From NCBI GenBank assembly GCA_000092065.1, contig CP000589.1: DNA of 64,000 nucleotides. One strand, given 5' to 3'. This document shows positions 30,662 through 41,024 of the stretch, piece after piece. The notes under the pieces were generated by a model, which saw only the letters and a program-made list of their open reading frames with translations, was not told the DNA's origin and searched no databases. Source of the DNA: Ostreococcus lucimarinus. Lineage: Eukaryota. The translations under genes were made by a program, and so were the position numbers. Position 1 is the stretch's first letter, and every line of letters starts with the position of its first letter.

Positions 30662-31351
30662 ATGAAGCGCGCCGCGCGCGTCGGCGCCTGCGTCTCCGCG
30701 TTGGTGGCGCTGATCGCGATAACATACGACGCCGCGTGCGTCCGCCCCGCCGTCGAGCGCGCGTTCGCGAGCGATGCGGCGCGCGCGAAGGCGATGAAAA
30801 CGCTCGGGCTGGTAACGGCCGCGAACGAACGACGCGACGCGCGCGACGCCGCGCGCGTGCGCGTCGAAGCGCGAAGGGCGTTTCGAAGAAAAGCGTTAGA
30901 GCATCATCCCGATAAGCGCGCGCGCGGGACGAGCGCGAGGGAGTTCGTGGACCTGGTGCGCGCGCTGGAGACGCTCGCGCCGAGGACGCGCGGCGAACGC
31001 GAACGCGAACGCGCGGGGGAGCACTGCGCGACCGCGGTCGCGAAGACGGCGACTCGGATGCGGTCAGTGATCATCGAGCGCTTGCGCGACGCGCGACGCG
31101 TTGGGAAGTGGATGGGATCGATGGGAAGACGAAGCGCGCGAGTGGACGCCGGAACGCCGGAACTGGAATCGCCGCGACACGACGACCGGGACGACGACGA
31201 CGACGACGACGCGAGCGTCGACCTCGAATCGTTCTGGAACAGGGCGAAGTTATTATTAGACGACGATTTAGACGACGATTTAGACGTAGACGTAGACGTA
31301 GACGACGCAGAAGACGACGATTCGCCGTATCCGCGAGCCACGGCGCTGTAA
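30662..31351 (+). CDS. J-domain (DnaJ-like) membrane-anchored protein
   Basis: N-terminal hydrophobic anchor. KALEHHPDK contains the HPD tripeptide in a J-domain-like helix. Acidic tail. Confidence 0.45.
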   Translation: MKRAARVGACVSALVALIAITYDAACVRPAVERAFASDAARAKAMKTLGLVTAANERRDARDAARVRVEARRAFRRKALEHHPDKRARGTSAREFVDLVRALETLAPRTRGERERERAGEHCATAVAKTATRMRSVIIERLRDARRVGKWMGSMGRRSARVDAGTPELESPRHDDRDDDDDDDASVDLESFWNRAKLLLDDDLDDDLDVDVDVDDAEDDDSPYPRATAL

Positions 31352-31463
31352 TACCAAAAAACGGCGGCGGCGGCGGCGCACTTCGAGACGCGTCCGCTTC
31401 CCGCGACGCTCTGCGAAAGCGAAGCGCGCGAACGTCGAAGTAGAAAACGTAACGCACGACGCG

Positions 31464-32090
31464 ATGGGGTCGCAAAATCGCACGAACAAGGCGCGCACGA
31501 AGCGCGAGGCGGTGCCGAACAACGCGAAGGCGCGCAAACAAATCGCCAAGTTGGAGAGCGCGAAAAAGCCGGGAATCACGTACGCGCAGAAACGCAAGGC
31601 TGAGAAGGCGGCGCGAGACACGTTGAAAATGTCTGGGAACAGCGCGCGAGCGTCGAACGACCAAGCGATGCGACGGGAAGGTGGGGTGAAATACGGGGCG
31701 TTGGAAGTCAGGTACAGGGCGCTCGCGAAGAAGCTGCGGCAGATTGAAGACTTGGAGCGAAAGCGAAGCGAGGGCACTCGCATGGATGCGCAACAGACGA
31801 AGAAGCTGAAGCGTAAGGAGTACTTGGAGGCGGAGATGAAGAATTTGGAAAAGTTAATCTCTGGCGAGGCCGGGGACGAGGAGGAAGAGGACGAAGGGGA
31901 AGACGACGAAGAAATGTCCGAGGAGGACGAAGAGGAAGATGACGACGACGACGACGACGACGAAGAGGAGGAAGAAGACGAGGATGATGAAGAGGAGGAA
32001 GAGGAAGACGAGGACGAAGACGAGGAAGAGAGTTCAGAGGAAGAAGACGAAGACGAGGACGAGGAAGAAGACGATTCGGAATCAGAATGA
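31464..32090 (+). CDS. Lys-rich coiled-coil protein with long Glu/Asp tail (nucleolar or chaperone-like)
   Basis: Basic N-terminus; (GAA/GAG/GAC)n-encoded acidic C-terminus. Confidence 0.4.
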   Translation: MGSQNRTNKARTKREAVPNNAKARKQIAKLESAKKPGITYAQKRKAEKAARDTLKMSGNSARASNDQAMRREGGVKYGALEVRYRALAKKLRQIEDLERKRSEGTRMDAQQTKKLKRKEYLEAEMKNLEKLISGEAGDEEEEDEGEDDEEMSEEDEEEDDDDDDDDEEEEEDEDDEEEEEEDEDEDEEESSEEEDEDEDEEEDDSESE

Positions 32091-32130
32091 AGCGTCGAGA
32101 GTTGCATTGCAATGCTAATACCTATCATCA

Positions 32131-33807
32131 CTAGAGAACGCCAGAGTTGACGAGACTGTCGATGAAGTTTGAGTTGAATTCTGTTTCGCTGAAAATGTCA
32201 CTACGCGCGCGCGCGCGCGCTGAAATTTCCTCCCGCTCGGTTCGGCGCATGAGCAACAAGTGCTCGAGCGTTTCGGCGAAGGTCGCCACGCTATCCGCAG
32301 TGAAACCTGTCGGGCCGTCGTGTTGGTCGCGTATGATATCGAGAAAAGGTCCGCCAGATGCGTGAGCGACGGGCACCGCGCCTGCCGCCATGTACTCGAC
32401 GACACAAATACCGAAATGCTCGTCAATCATGGAGTGAAGGCCGATGGACGCGCGCGACAGCTCGCGCTTGACTTCGTCGTACGACACGTCGACGTGGAAC
32501 TGAACGCTATCCTGGAGCTCCAGATCTTTGACACTTTGTTGCAAATCTGCCAAGCGCTCGCGGTCGGCTTCGTCACGGCATCCACCGACGAAGACCAAAA
32601 TGGCGTTTTCAATCTTGCTCGATAATGTCTTGAACTTTTTCAAAGCCTTCCAGGCGGCGATTTGAACCACGTGCGCTTTTTCCGGTCGAAACTGCCCCAC
32701 GCTAACAACGCGTATCGACGACTTGTCCTTTTTCACCGGCGTCCCGCGCGCGTTCAACCTCGGGCGCGTCAACGGGAGTTTGGACAAGTCTTCGACGTTG
32801 CACGGGGGATACACCACCCGTGAATCAACCCGCCACAATGCGTCGATGTGCGATTTAGTCCACGAAGAGTTCACCATCACGCACTTACACGATCGTCCGC
32901 ACCACCCGTACACGACGGCAAAGGCGCGGTAATAAAGTACCTTGAGGCCGCTCAAAAACTTGGACGACGCGAACAGGCGGCTGTTGTTGTACATCAGTCT
33001 TCCGCTCTCCACGCGCGCGATCATGTCCCTCGACACCGTCGGATAGTGCACGTACGCCACTGTTTGGCACCCAAACAGATATCGCGCGATCGGATACGTC
33101 GCCGCGTGTCCGACGGTATCCACGAACACATCCGGCGCGAACGTCCACAGCGCCTCGAGCCCGAGCCACGCGCCGCCGATAAACTGCCCCAATATCGTGC
33201 ACCGTTTGTACGTCTCCGCGCGCGCCCATCGCTCACGCGTGAGTCTGATAACGTTTATGGGCGCTCGCAACTCGATCCCGAACCGTTCGCGCGCGCGCGC
33301 GATGAGTTCGTCGCCGTCCTCGACGGGTTCGTCGCCTCGCGCCGACGTCGCGCCCGCGTACACGCAACACGTGACATCCCTTCCCTCCGTCGCTCTCCAT
33401 TCGCGCGTCTCGCGCGCACTGTTCGATCTCACGTCCGACCGCGCGTCCCGGCGCTCGTCCGCGCGCGACATCATCGCCGCCTCGCCTTCCTTCTCCGCCG
33501 CGTCGGCGTCGGCGTCGTCGCCTCGCGCGCCGCGCCGATCGCCATCGAAATCACCTCGCTGCGCCGCCGCGATCGCGGCGAACAGCACGCGTTCGCCGCC
33601 GCCACCGTCCCCACCGCTCGGGTGATAAAATCCAATCACTCTCCCGCGCCCCGCGCCGCGCACGACGCCGCGAACGCGCCGTCGCTGTTTCGCGCTCGTC
33701 TTAAACATCATCGCGACGTGCACGAGCGCGAGCGCGACGCACGCGCACAGCGCGGCGACGACGCGATCGCGCGCGGTCATCGCGTCGCTCGCGACGACGC
33801 GCGTCAT
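32131..33807 (-). CDS. ALG11: ALG11 GDP-Man:Man3GlcNAc2-PP-Dol alpha-1,2-mannosyltransferase (GT4)
   Basis: IGFYHPSGGDGGGGERVLF (ALG11 hallmark), YVHYPTVS, EHFGICVVEYMAAGAVPVAHASGGP. Confidence 0.85.
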   Translation of the reverse strand: MTRVVASDAMTARDRVVAALCACVALALVHVAMMFKTSAKQRRRVRGVVRGAGRGRVIGFYHPSGGDGGGGERVLFAAIAAAQRGDFDGDRRGARGDDADADAAEKEGEAAMMSRADERRDARSDVRSNSARETREWRATEGRDVTCCVYAGATSARGDEPVEDGDELIARARERFGIELRAPINVIRLTRERWARAETYKRCTILGQFIGGAWLGLEALWTFAPDVFVDTVGHAATYPIARYLFGCQTVAYVHYPTVSRDMIARVESGRLMYNNSRLFASSKFLSGLKVLYYRAFAVVYGWCGRSCKCVMVNSSWTKSHIDALWRVDSRVVYPPCNVEDLSKLPLTRPRLNARGTPVKKDKSSIRVVSVGQFRPEKAHVVQIAAWKALKKFKTLSSKIENAILVFVGGCRDEADRERLADLQQSVKDLELQDSVQFHVDVSYDEVKRELSRASIGLHSMIDEHFGICVVEYMAAGAVPVAHASGGPFLDIIRDQHDGPTGFTADSVATFAETLEHLLLMRRTEREEISARARARSDIFSETEFNSNFIDSLVNSGVL

Positions 33808-33833
33808 CGCCGGGTCGCGCGCGACGCGCGCGC

Positions 33834-34577
33834 GTGTGCGCGAGCGCGCGCACCGATCGCATCACTCGGCGTCGCGCATCGATGCGCGCGCGCGCGTCGA
33901 TACGCACGAACGACGCCGCGCGAACGATCGCGCGCACGCTCGCGCGCGCCCGTCGCGTCGACGCGCGCGCGCGCGCGCCGCTCGCGCGCGGGACGGCGGT
34001 GCGCGTCGGTGGCGGCGGCGACGCCATGGGACCGAACGTCACCGTGCGCGCGATCGAGACGGCGAGCGACGCGCAGAGGAAGGACCTGCACGTGGTTTTG
34101 GTGACGCCAAAGATTCCCGGGAACACCGGGTGCATCGCGCGGACGTGCGCGGCGTCGAGGGTGCCGCTGCACTTGGTGGCGCCGCTCGGATTTTCGCTCG
34201 ACGACGCGCAGTTGAAGCGCGCCGGGTTGGACTATTGGAAATCGGTGTGCGTCAAGGTGCACGATGATTGGGATGCGTTTTACGCGTATTGGCGCGAGCT
34301 CGGGGACGAGCGTGGGCGGTTGGTGGCGTTTTCAAAATTCGGCGCGCGGCCGCACGCGGAGGACGGCGCGTATCGACCGGGGGATTGGTTGTTGTTCGGC
34401 GCCGAGACCACGGGGCTGCCAGACGCGGCGATGGAGGCGTGCAAAGCCACGGGGGGGGTGCGTAGAATTCCCATCGACGAAAGTCACGTGAGGAGTTTGA
34501 ATTTGTCCGTGTCGTGCGGCATCGGCGTGTACGAGGCTTTGCGGCAACTCGACGGTTCGCCAACCGTGGACGAATGA
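33834..34577 (+). CDS. trmL: tRNA (cytidine/uridine-2'-O)-methyltransferase TrmL (SpoU-TrmH family)
   Basis: VVLVTPKIPGNTGCIARTCAA, LHLVAPLGF..DD..LKRAGLDYW, LLFGAETTGLP, SLNLSVSCGIGVYEALRQ. N-terminal extension; core starts near 34026. Confidence 0.8.
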   Translation: MCASARTDRITRRRASMRARASIRTNDAARTIARTLARARRVDARARAPLARGTAVRVGGGGDAMGPNVTVRAIETASDAQRKDLHVVLVTPKIPGNTGCIARTCAASRVPLHLVAPLGFSLDDAQLKRAGLDYWKSVCVKVHDDWDAFYAYWRELGDERGRLVAFSKFGARPHAEDGAYRPGDWLLFGAETTGLPDAAMEACKATGGVRRIPIDESHVRSLNLSVSCGIGVYEALRQLDGSPTVDE

Positions 34578-34661
34578 AATGAAACTACTGTATCCACATT
34601 GTTGTATTACAAGACGAGTTTTCGCTCGCGATTTCGAAATCCGACGCGCGCGCGCGCGCGC

Positions 34662-35231
34662 TCACGACCCGAGTTTGAACGCGTCGGCGATCAGGGAGTA
34701 ACAGTACCCGACCTTGAACCAGTTGAGAAATTCGAGCCATTTGTTCGTCTCGGCGCTCGCGTAATAAATCCGCGTCACCACCTCAAAAAACGCCACGCTC
34801 AGCGCTCCCGCGACGACGTCGTTGATCCCTATGGCCCCGAAGCTCAGCGTCATGACGTTTGCGAGATAGAACCCAAAGTACGCGCTGATGGCGCGCCAAA
34901 GCGTCACGCGATAATTTCTGCGCTGAAAGTACAGGTTGAACCGCCGCGGCAGCGACGTGAGCACCGACACCAGGCGGGTTTCGCGTTCGGCGCGCGCGAC
35001 GATGGCGTCGCGCGGACGCGACCGCGCGTGGCGACCGCGCGCGATGCCGCTCGAGCGCGCGGACGTCGCGCGCGCGACGAACGACGACGACGAAGCCTCG
35101 ACGCGCCGACGACGCGCGCGCGGGACGGCGACGACGCGCGACGACGCATCGAAGCGTCGCGCGAAGGATTTGGACGCGCTGGACGCGTCGATGCCGACGC
35201 CGCGCATCGCGCTTTCCAGCGCCGCCGTCAT
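34662..35231 (-). CDS. Hypothetical chloroplast-type membrane protein (transit peptide plus two hydrophobic segments)
   Basis: ORF with presequence and TM-like segments; no family recognised. Confidence 0.35.
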   Translation of the reverse strand: MTAALESAMRGVGIDASSASKSFARRFDASSRVVAVPRARRRRVEASSSSFVARATSARSSGIARGRHARSRPRDAIVARAERETRLVSVLTSLPRRFNLYFQRRNYRVTLWRAISAYFGFYLANVMTLSFGAIGINDVVAGALSVAFFEVVTRIYYASAETNKWLEFLNWFKVGYCYSLIADAFKLGS

Positions 35232-35324
35232 CGCGAAGACGAGACGACGCGCGCGAGGCGGCGAGTGAGGCGGCGACGCGGCGGCGCAACCGCCGCGTCG
35301 AGTCGGTTTGGGTTGGGTTGTATT

Positions 35325-36344
35325 TCACGCGCGCGTGGCTGCGTCGTTGTAAAACGCGTACAGCGCGTCTCGCTCACCCATCTTGAGCGATAAGTTAGCG
35401 CGCGCGTAGTGGTCACCGTCTCGCTCGAGGTTGTCGATGATGTCCTCGAGCGAGTGCGCCCGCTCGCACGCGCATCCCTGCTCCTTGGCGCTGAGCGCTT
35501 GATAATGCACGTGAAAGTGATAAAACTGCGGAGGGTAGTGCACGAATACGCGCATTTCTTCCGCATTGACGCCGTAAATGTCTTCGATGACGGCGCGACC
35601 CTTGCGCAGCATCGCTCGAAGCAGCGGCAAATGCTCGGCGCGCGCGTCTCGCAAACTCTTAAAGTCTTCGCGAACGCACAAACCGAGGCAATATAAATCA
35701 GTCACGCTCGAGTGCGCGCGCCAAGTCGCGCGATCGGCGCCGTCGCAATCGGGATGTGTCGTCCATTTCGAGTCAACGTTGAGCAAAAAGTCGTCGTCGC
35801 AATGCAACAACCGCTCGCGTTCCTTTTCCAGACTCAAAATCTTTCGCACCCACGCCGTCGCTTCGCGCGGGATCGAAGCGATATACTTTTCGTGCGCCTT
35901 CGCGTACAACTCGGGTGTTTCTCGCACGCACACCAACTTTTGCGTCGAGCTTCGCGTGATGTGTTTCTTCAGCAACTTCGCCCGGCTCGTCTCGTCGGCG
36001 TCGAGCAAACATCCCGGATACAGCACGTCGCACTCGACGTCTTCGCCGCCGCTCGACGCCGACGTCGACGGCGCGAGCTCCCCGACGTAATACCCGTACT
36101 CTGCCCCGCTATACGGCGCGCGCGAACGCAAACGGATGCGTTCCAGCATCTCGCGCACGCCTCGCTCGTCGTGCGGCAACGGCACGCGCTGCAGCTTCAC
36201 CAATGCGTCGCTCGAGCAATTTGCAAACTGACCGAGAATCACCAATTTCCCCGCCGCATCGCGTCCATCGTTGATGATTTCGCGCACCGTGAACGTGGAC
36301 AAGTCTTCCAGCGCGTGCGGTGGCGCGGCGTCGGCGCGCGACAT
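35325..36344 (-). CDS. DCPS: Scavenger mRNA decapping enzyme DcpS (HIT family m7GpppX diphosphatase)
   Basis: LRDARAEHLPLLRAMLRKG..VFVHYPPQFYHFHVHYQAL..ERAHSLEDIIDNLE aligns closely to the DcpS C-terminal HIT domain, including the H-x-H-x-H-x-x triad. Confidence 0.8.
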   Translation of the reverse strand: MSRADAAPPHALEDLSTFTVREIINDGRDAAGKLVILGQFANCSSDALVKLQRVPLPHDERGVREMLERIRLRSRAPYSGAEYGYYVGELAPSTSASSGGEDVECDVLYPGCLLDADETSRAKLLKKHITRSSTQKLVCVRETPELYAKAHEKYIASIPREATAWVRKILSLEKERERLLHCDDDFLLNVDSKWTTHPDCDGADRATWRAHSSVTDLYCLGLCVREDFKSLRDARAEHLPLLRAMLRKGRAVIEDIYGVNAEEMRVFVHYPPQFYHFHVHYQALSAKEQGCACERAHSLEDIIDNLERDGDHYARANLSLKMGERDALYAFYNDAATRA

Positions 36345-36401
36345 CGCGACCGCGCGCTGAACGCTGTTTAATGACGCGCCACGACGTCATTCAACGACGC
36401 C

Positions 36402-37418
36402 ATGTCGCTCACGATCGCGCGCTGTGTCTCCGCGAACGCGCGCATCACCGCCAACAAACGCAACACATCGCGCGCGAGCGTCCGCGCGCGTCGCAACGCC
36501 GCCAACTCGTCGCGCGGTCTCTCTCGCGCGCGCATTCAGTCGCCGTCTGTGACACGTCAGCATCACCAATCGTCGCGCGGTGCGGTCGCCGCGAACGCGC
36601 TGCCGGCGATGTCGGCGATTCTGAGCACGCACTACGCCCTGCCCGCGCTTTGGGCGGCGTGCGCGCCCGCGGTGGCGCTGGCGTACATCAACCCCATCTA
36701 CTCGTTCAGCATCGGATACGGATTGAGCATTCTGTTCGCTTCGGCGTTCGTGCATCAAGCACTCGTCGCGAGCGGGACGTTCGTGACGACGATGCTCGCG
36801 CTGCACGTCGCGGGCGGCGCGGCGTACGGCGCGCGGTTGGCGGCGTTTTTGTTTTATCGAAGCGTGACGTGGGACGAGTGGCGAGAACGCGCGAAGAACG
36901 CGCCGGAGGCGAACGCGAAGAGTTTCGCCAAGCAAACACTCGTCATCGCGCTGTGCTCGGCGTTGTACGCGATGATGAGTTCGCCGATGATGTGGCACGC
37001 GCAAAACGTGAACGCGGTGAACGCGGCCAAGTACGCGGGCGTCATCGCCGTCGGCTTGGCGCTCGAGTGGGTGGGGTTGATTCTCGAAGCCGTGGCGGAT
37101 CAGCAAAAGTTCAACTACAAAGCCACCGAGGAAGGGAAGACGAAGTGGTGCTCGAAAGGGCTGTATAAGTTTTGCCGTCATCCGAATTATCTCGGCGAGA
37201 TCATGTTCTGGGTGGGGTTGTACGTCGCGGGTTTTCCCGCCATGTTGACGCGACCGATCACGCTCGTGCCGTCTTCGCTCGGTTTACTCTTCATCGTGAA
37301 ACTGATGACGAGCGCGGCGAAGCGTGGGGATAAGAAACAGCTTGAGAAATACGGTGAGGACAACGCGGCATACAAAGCGTGGGTCGAATCGACGTGTTCG
37401 CTCGTTCCTGGAAATTAA
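36402..37418 (+). CDS. DUF1295 / steroid-5-alpha-reductase-like membrane protein
   Basis: Multiple TM helices and the C-terminal signature GLYKFCRHPNYLGE. Confidence 0.7.
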   Translation: MSLTIARCVSANARITANKRNTSRASVRARRNAANSSRGLSRARIQSPSVTRQHHQSSRGAVAANALPAMSAILSTHYALPALWAACAPAVALAYINPIYSFSIGYGLSILFASAFVHQALVASGTFVTTMLALHVAGGAAYGARLAAFLFYRSVTWDEWRERAKNAPEANAKSFAKQTLVIALCSALYAMMSSPMMWHAQNVNAVNAAKYAGVIAVGLALEWVGLILEAVADQQKFNYKATEEGKTKWCSKGLYKFCRHPNYLGEIMFWVGLYVAGFPAMLTRPITLVPSSLGLLFIVKLMTSAAKRGDKKQLEKYGEDNAAYKAWVESTCSLVPGN

Positions 37419-37474
37419 TACGACGGTCGAATCGACGTGTTCGCTCGTTTGTGGAAATTTGTACTCACATTTTA

Positions 37475-37933
37475 TCACAACTTCCCTTCCTTTCGCAGCT
37501 CCGCCTCTAACTCGGCCACCGCCTTCGCGTCTTCTTCGCTCAAATTATCCAAATCAATCTTCTCCACCTCCTTCTTCGCCTCGGCGCCGTACAGCGCCGC
37601 GTCGTACTTTTCAGGAAACGCCACCTTGGCGATCGTCCCGAAGATGAACACCGCCCCCACCACGGCGCCGTAGAGCGGAATCCCCACCTTCAGGCCGTTG
37701 ATGAACATTTGATCGAATCCCGAGGTGTCGATACCCGCGATCGCCACCTGCGCGACGTCCACGGCGGCGCAGCGCGTCGACACGCGCGCGGGAGTGGATA
37801 ACGCGACGGTGACGCGCCGTTGGGACGGGCGCGCGACGCGCTGGGCGCGCGCGTGGCGCTTGGACGCGCACGACGCGGTCGCACACGATGTGGACGTTCG
37901 GTTCGTACGTTGAGTGGCGCGGATAGCGTGCAT
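37475..37933 (-). CDS. Small organelle-targeted single-TM protein with Lys/Glu-rich tail
   Basis: Presequence, one TM (IPLYGAVVGAVFIFGTIA), charged C-terminus. Confidence 0.4.
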   Translation of the reverse strand: MHAIRATQRTNRTSTSCATASCASKRHARAQRVARPSQRRVTVALSTPARVSTRCAAVDVAQVAIAGIDTSGFDQMFINGLKVGIPLYGAVVGAVFIFGTIAKVAFPEKYDAALYGAEAKKEVEKIDLDNLSEEDAKAVAELEAELRKEGKL

Positions 37934-38045
37934 GGTGCGCAGGGGATGCGACGACGAATGCCGATGGTGAAGATATTTTTTAGCGTCTAGTCGCAGAGTT
38001 TTATTGATTGAGTTCTATCGCTTGGGCGTCGATCGCGACGTGGTT

Positions 38046-40625
38046 CTAGTCGTGGTCCATCGCAGTCCCATCGGCCGCGGCGCGTTTGGCCGCGGCCTCG
38101 GCTTCGATCTTAGCGTTGAGCGCCGCGTAATCGACGGGCGCGCCGCGGCGGCGCTTGCCGCTCGGCGCGGGGACGTCGGAGTCGGCCGCCGGGCGCTTTT
38201 CGCCCGAAGCGTCGGCGTCGAAATCAGCATCGCCGTCTACGTTCGCGGCGGCTTCGTTTTGTTCCTCGGCAAGACGCTCGAGGAAGGCGATGCGCTCGGC
38301 TTCGGCTTCGGCTTCGCGTTTTTCGCGAATCTCTCGACGCACGCGCAGTTCTTCGTTGAATTCAGCCTTGCTCGCCTCGGCGTCATACTTCTCGGCGTTG
38401 GGTTGGAACAGCGTGCGCACGTGAGCGGCGACAGAGCGACCAAACGCAGACACTGGACCACCCTGAATGCGATAGCCGCCTTCGAGGACGGAAATCACGC
38501 GGCCCTTTGCGTGCGAATTCGCAATCTTCATCAACTCCGTCGTAAGCCATTCGTAGTCTTGCTCTTTCACGCCCAAGTTTACAGGTCCTTGAATGTCATC
38601 CTTGGCGTGAGCGTCAAATCCGGCAGAAATGATGATAAGCTCGGGTTCGAAAGCGTTGATCGCGGGCAAAATCTTCCCCTTCCACACGCGACGCCACGCG
38701 GCGCCTCGCTCGGATTTCTTACCCGTGCCCTCCATGCCGACGTCCAAAACCCACGGTTGCTCGCCCCTGGCCGTGCTCACGCGGTTTTCGGCCTCGACAT
38801 GAATCGGATCTTCGACGACGCCGTCGTCCTCCCAGACCGCGGGCTCCTCCGTGTCCAAATCGTATTCACCCTTGGTGCTCTTCGTCGGCCCGGTGCCCGG
38901 ATAGAAGTGGTGCTGCAGCTCTTTGCGACCGTAACCGTGCACGGAGGCGAACATGACTTCCTCCGGGTCGGTTTCATCGAGCCATGGACGGTACATGTTC
39001 ATGGAGAACGTACCACCACCGATTGGTAATGAGTACTTGAATTGCGGCGCGCTCGGCGCGGTGTTTTGCACGCACGCCTCTGTTCCGTTTCCGTGATGCA
39101 CGTCAAAATCAACCAAAGCGATCCTACGAAGCGTTTTGCGGTGCACGCATCGCGCGTAAGCTGCAGCAACAGCGACGTTGTTTATCAAGCAAAAGCCGTG
39201 CGAACCAGTGCCAATAGGTTCGCTCGGCGTACCCACTGGACCGAGCGGACCGCTGTGGTGTCCGGGTGGACGCACGGCGCAAAAGACTTTATTCGTTTCG
39301 CCGGAGACGATTTTCTCCACTGCCTCGATCGTCGCTCCCGCCGCAGCGAGCGCAGCGTTGAAAGATTGCGAGCATACTGCGGTATCGCCGTCGATAGTGC
39401 CGATCGCTCGCGGAATCACGCGAATGTCAGGTAACTGTTCGCAAATCTTTTGCACTTTTCGCAGATACGCATACTCGTGACAGCGCAGTACATCCGCCCA
39501 CGCCGCTGGTTGCACGTCGGAAACGTATTCAACGTTCATATCTTCAAAATCTTTACCTCGCAAAGTACCGTTCGTGTTGTTAAGCAAGACGTTGAGACGG
39601 TTGACATTCTCTGGCGGCGGTTCATCCGCTGGGAGACGCGTGATGGGTGGACATGAGTGGTGCAAGAAGCACACGTCCGGGGCGATGATGACTCGCTTCA
39701 AATCTTCATCTGCCGCCGAAAGGACGGTAGCTTTCAATAATTTTGCAATCGTCGGTTGACCACGAGCCGCCGCGAGCTCGCCGGGCGTCTGTTGCTGCGC
39801 GTTCTTGTCCTTGGTCAACGCACCGTGAGATTTCAAAAGCAACTCAACACATTTTACGTCGCCTCCTCTTACCGCGCAGTGTAAAGCATTATCTTTGTTG
39901 TCGTTCTTGAGCGTTGGATCCGCACCATTCTTCAACAAGAAATCCACGACGTCGCCGCGACCGTATGCGCACGCCCAGTGCACCGGCCGATTTCGAGTCT
40001 TGTCGCGCAAATTCACATACACCTCCACCGTATCCTCCTCGTTCGGCGGCGTGAACTCGCTCACGAGATGCTGAACGATGGGTAAAACACCGTGCTGCGC
40101 CGCAACGGAAAGTGCCGTGCGTCCGTAATCGTCCTGCGTACACTCATTCTCCACGTGTGGCAACAACGCCTTGACGGCTTCGATGGCGAACGCCTCGTGC
40201 TTCTCGAAACCGCTCATCGCGCACGCGATGTGCATCGGTGGCGAACCTTCCAAAGTGACGTACGCTTTGGCCCCCGCCTCTAATAACGCTTTCAAGCACC
40301 CGATCGAGCCGTAGAGCAGAGCCACGTGCAACGGCGTCAATCCCTCGCGATCCGTACTGTTGACGCTGTACGAACGCCCTGCGTCACCAAACGCGCCGAA
40401 CGCAGGATTTCCATCCCTCTCCTCCTCGTCGTCCTCGTCGTCCTCGGCGTCGGGATTGAAATCTTCTTCATCCGACTCCTCCTCCTCCTCGTCGTCGTCA
40501 TCGTCGTTTCCTTCATCCTTACCCTCGTCGTCGTTCTCGTCTTCGTTTCCTTCAGCCGTCTTTGCCGCCGCGTCGTCGCCCTCCGTCACCACTGGCGGCG
40601 CGATCAACGCCGCGAGCGTCTCCAC
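38046..40625 (-). CDS. Class II histone deacetylase fused to N-terminal ankyrin repeats, with acidic N-terminus and basic coiled-coil C-terminus
   Basis: RPPGHHSGP, FDVHHGNGTE, ISAGFDAH motifs. Ankyrin consensus repeats (GLTPLHVALLYG.., RTALSVAAQHG..). Confidence 0.85.
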   Translation of the reverse strand: METLAALIAPPVVTEGDDAAAKTAEGNEDENDDEGKDEGNDDDDDEEEEESDEEDFNPDAEDDEDDEEERDGNPAFGAFGDAGRSYSVNSTDREGLTPLHVALLYGSIGCLKALLEAGAKAYVTLEGSPPMHIACAMSGFEKHEAFAIEAVKALLPHVENECTQDDYGRTALSVAAQHGVLPIVQHLVSEFTPPNEEDTVEVYVNLRDKTRNRPVHWACAYGRGDVVDFLLKNGADPTLKNDNKDNALHCAVRGGDVKCVELLLKSHGALTKDKNAQQQTPGELAAARGQPTIAKLLKATVLSAADEDLKRVIIAPDVCFLHHSCPPITRLPADEPPPENVNRLNVLLNNTNGTLRGKDFEDMNVEYVSDVQPAAWADVLRCHEYAYLRKVQKICEQLPDIRVIPRAIGTIDGDTAVCSQSFNAALAAAGATIEAVEKIVSGETNKVFCAVRPPGHHSGPLGPVGTPSEPIGTGSHGFCLINNVAVAAAYARCVHRKTLRRIALVDFDVHHGNGTEACVQNTAPSAPQFKYSLPIGGGTFSMNMYRPWLDETDPEEVMFASVHGYGRKELQHHFYPGTGPTKSTKGEYDLDTEEPAVWEDDGVVEDPIHVEAENRVSTARGEQPWVLDVGMEGTGKKSERGAAWRRVWKGKILPAINAFEPELIIISAGFDAHAKDDIQGPVNLGVKEQDYEWLTTELMKIANSHAKGRVISVLEGGYRIQGGPVSAFGRSVAAHVRTLFQPNAEKYDAEASKAEFNEELRVRREIREKREAEAEAERIAFLERLAEEQNEAAANVDGDADFDADASGEKRPAADSDVPAPSGKRRRGAPVDYAALNAKIEAEAAAKRAAADGTAMDHD

Positions 40626-41024
40626 GTCGTCCGTCTCACAGCACGCGTGTAATGGCCTGTTTCATTCACACGTGCAGCGTCGTCGACGCACGCGCATCGT
40701 CAGTCACCGCGTCGTTTTCGTGTCGAAATCTTCAACAACGCGAATTCTCGAAATCTCGAGCGAAACGCATCACCGTTCGAGACGTACAGCGCGCGAGGGT
40801 CATCGTCGTCGTCGGAATACATCGATGCGAACATCAGCACGCTTCACGCGCGCGGCGGCACGCGCGACGCTCGGTGCGCGCGAATGTGAGGTCTCGCCTA
40901 GGAGTGTGAGGGATCTTCGCGGCACGCGCGAACTACGAATGAAAACAATTTCGCGATGTACAAGCAACGATGTGGACTAGTTCTTCATGAAAACAATTTC
41001 GCTATGAACAATCAACGGTGTGGA

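Noticed and set aside
31280-32131. 283-aa minus ORF encoding poly-Ser
   Set aside because: Reverse complement of the (GAA/GAG/GAC)n acidic tail of the + strand gene. A repeat-driven ORF.
38004-39029. 341-aa + strand ORF inside the HDAC-ankyrin gene
   Set aside because: Antisense to clear HDAC motifs; low-complexity translation.
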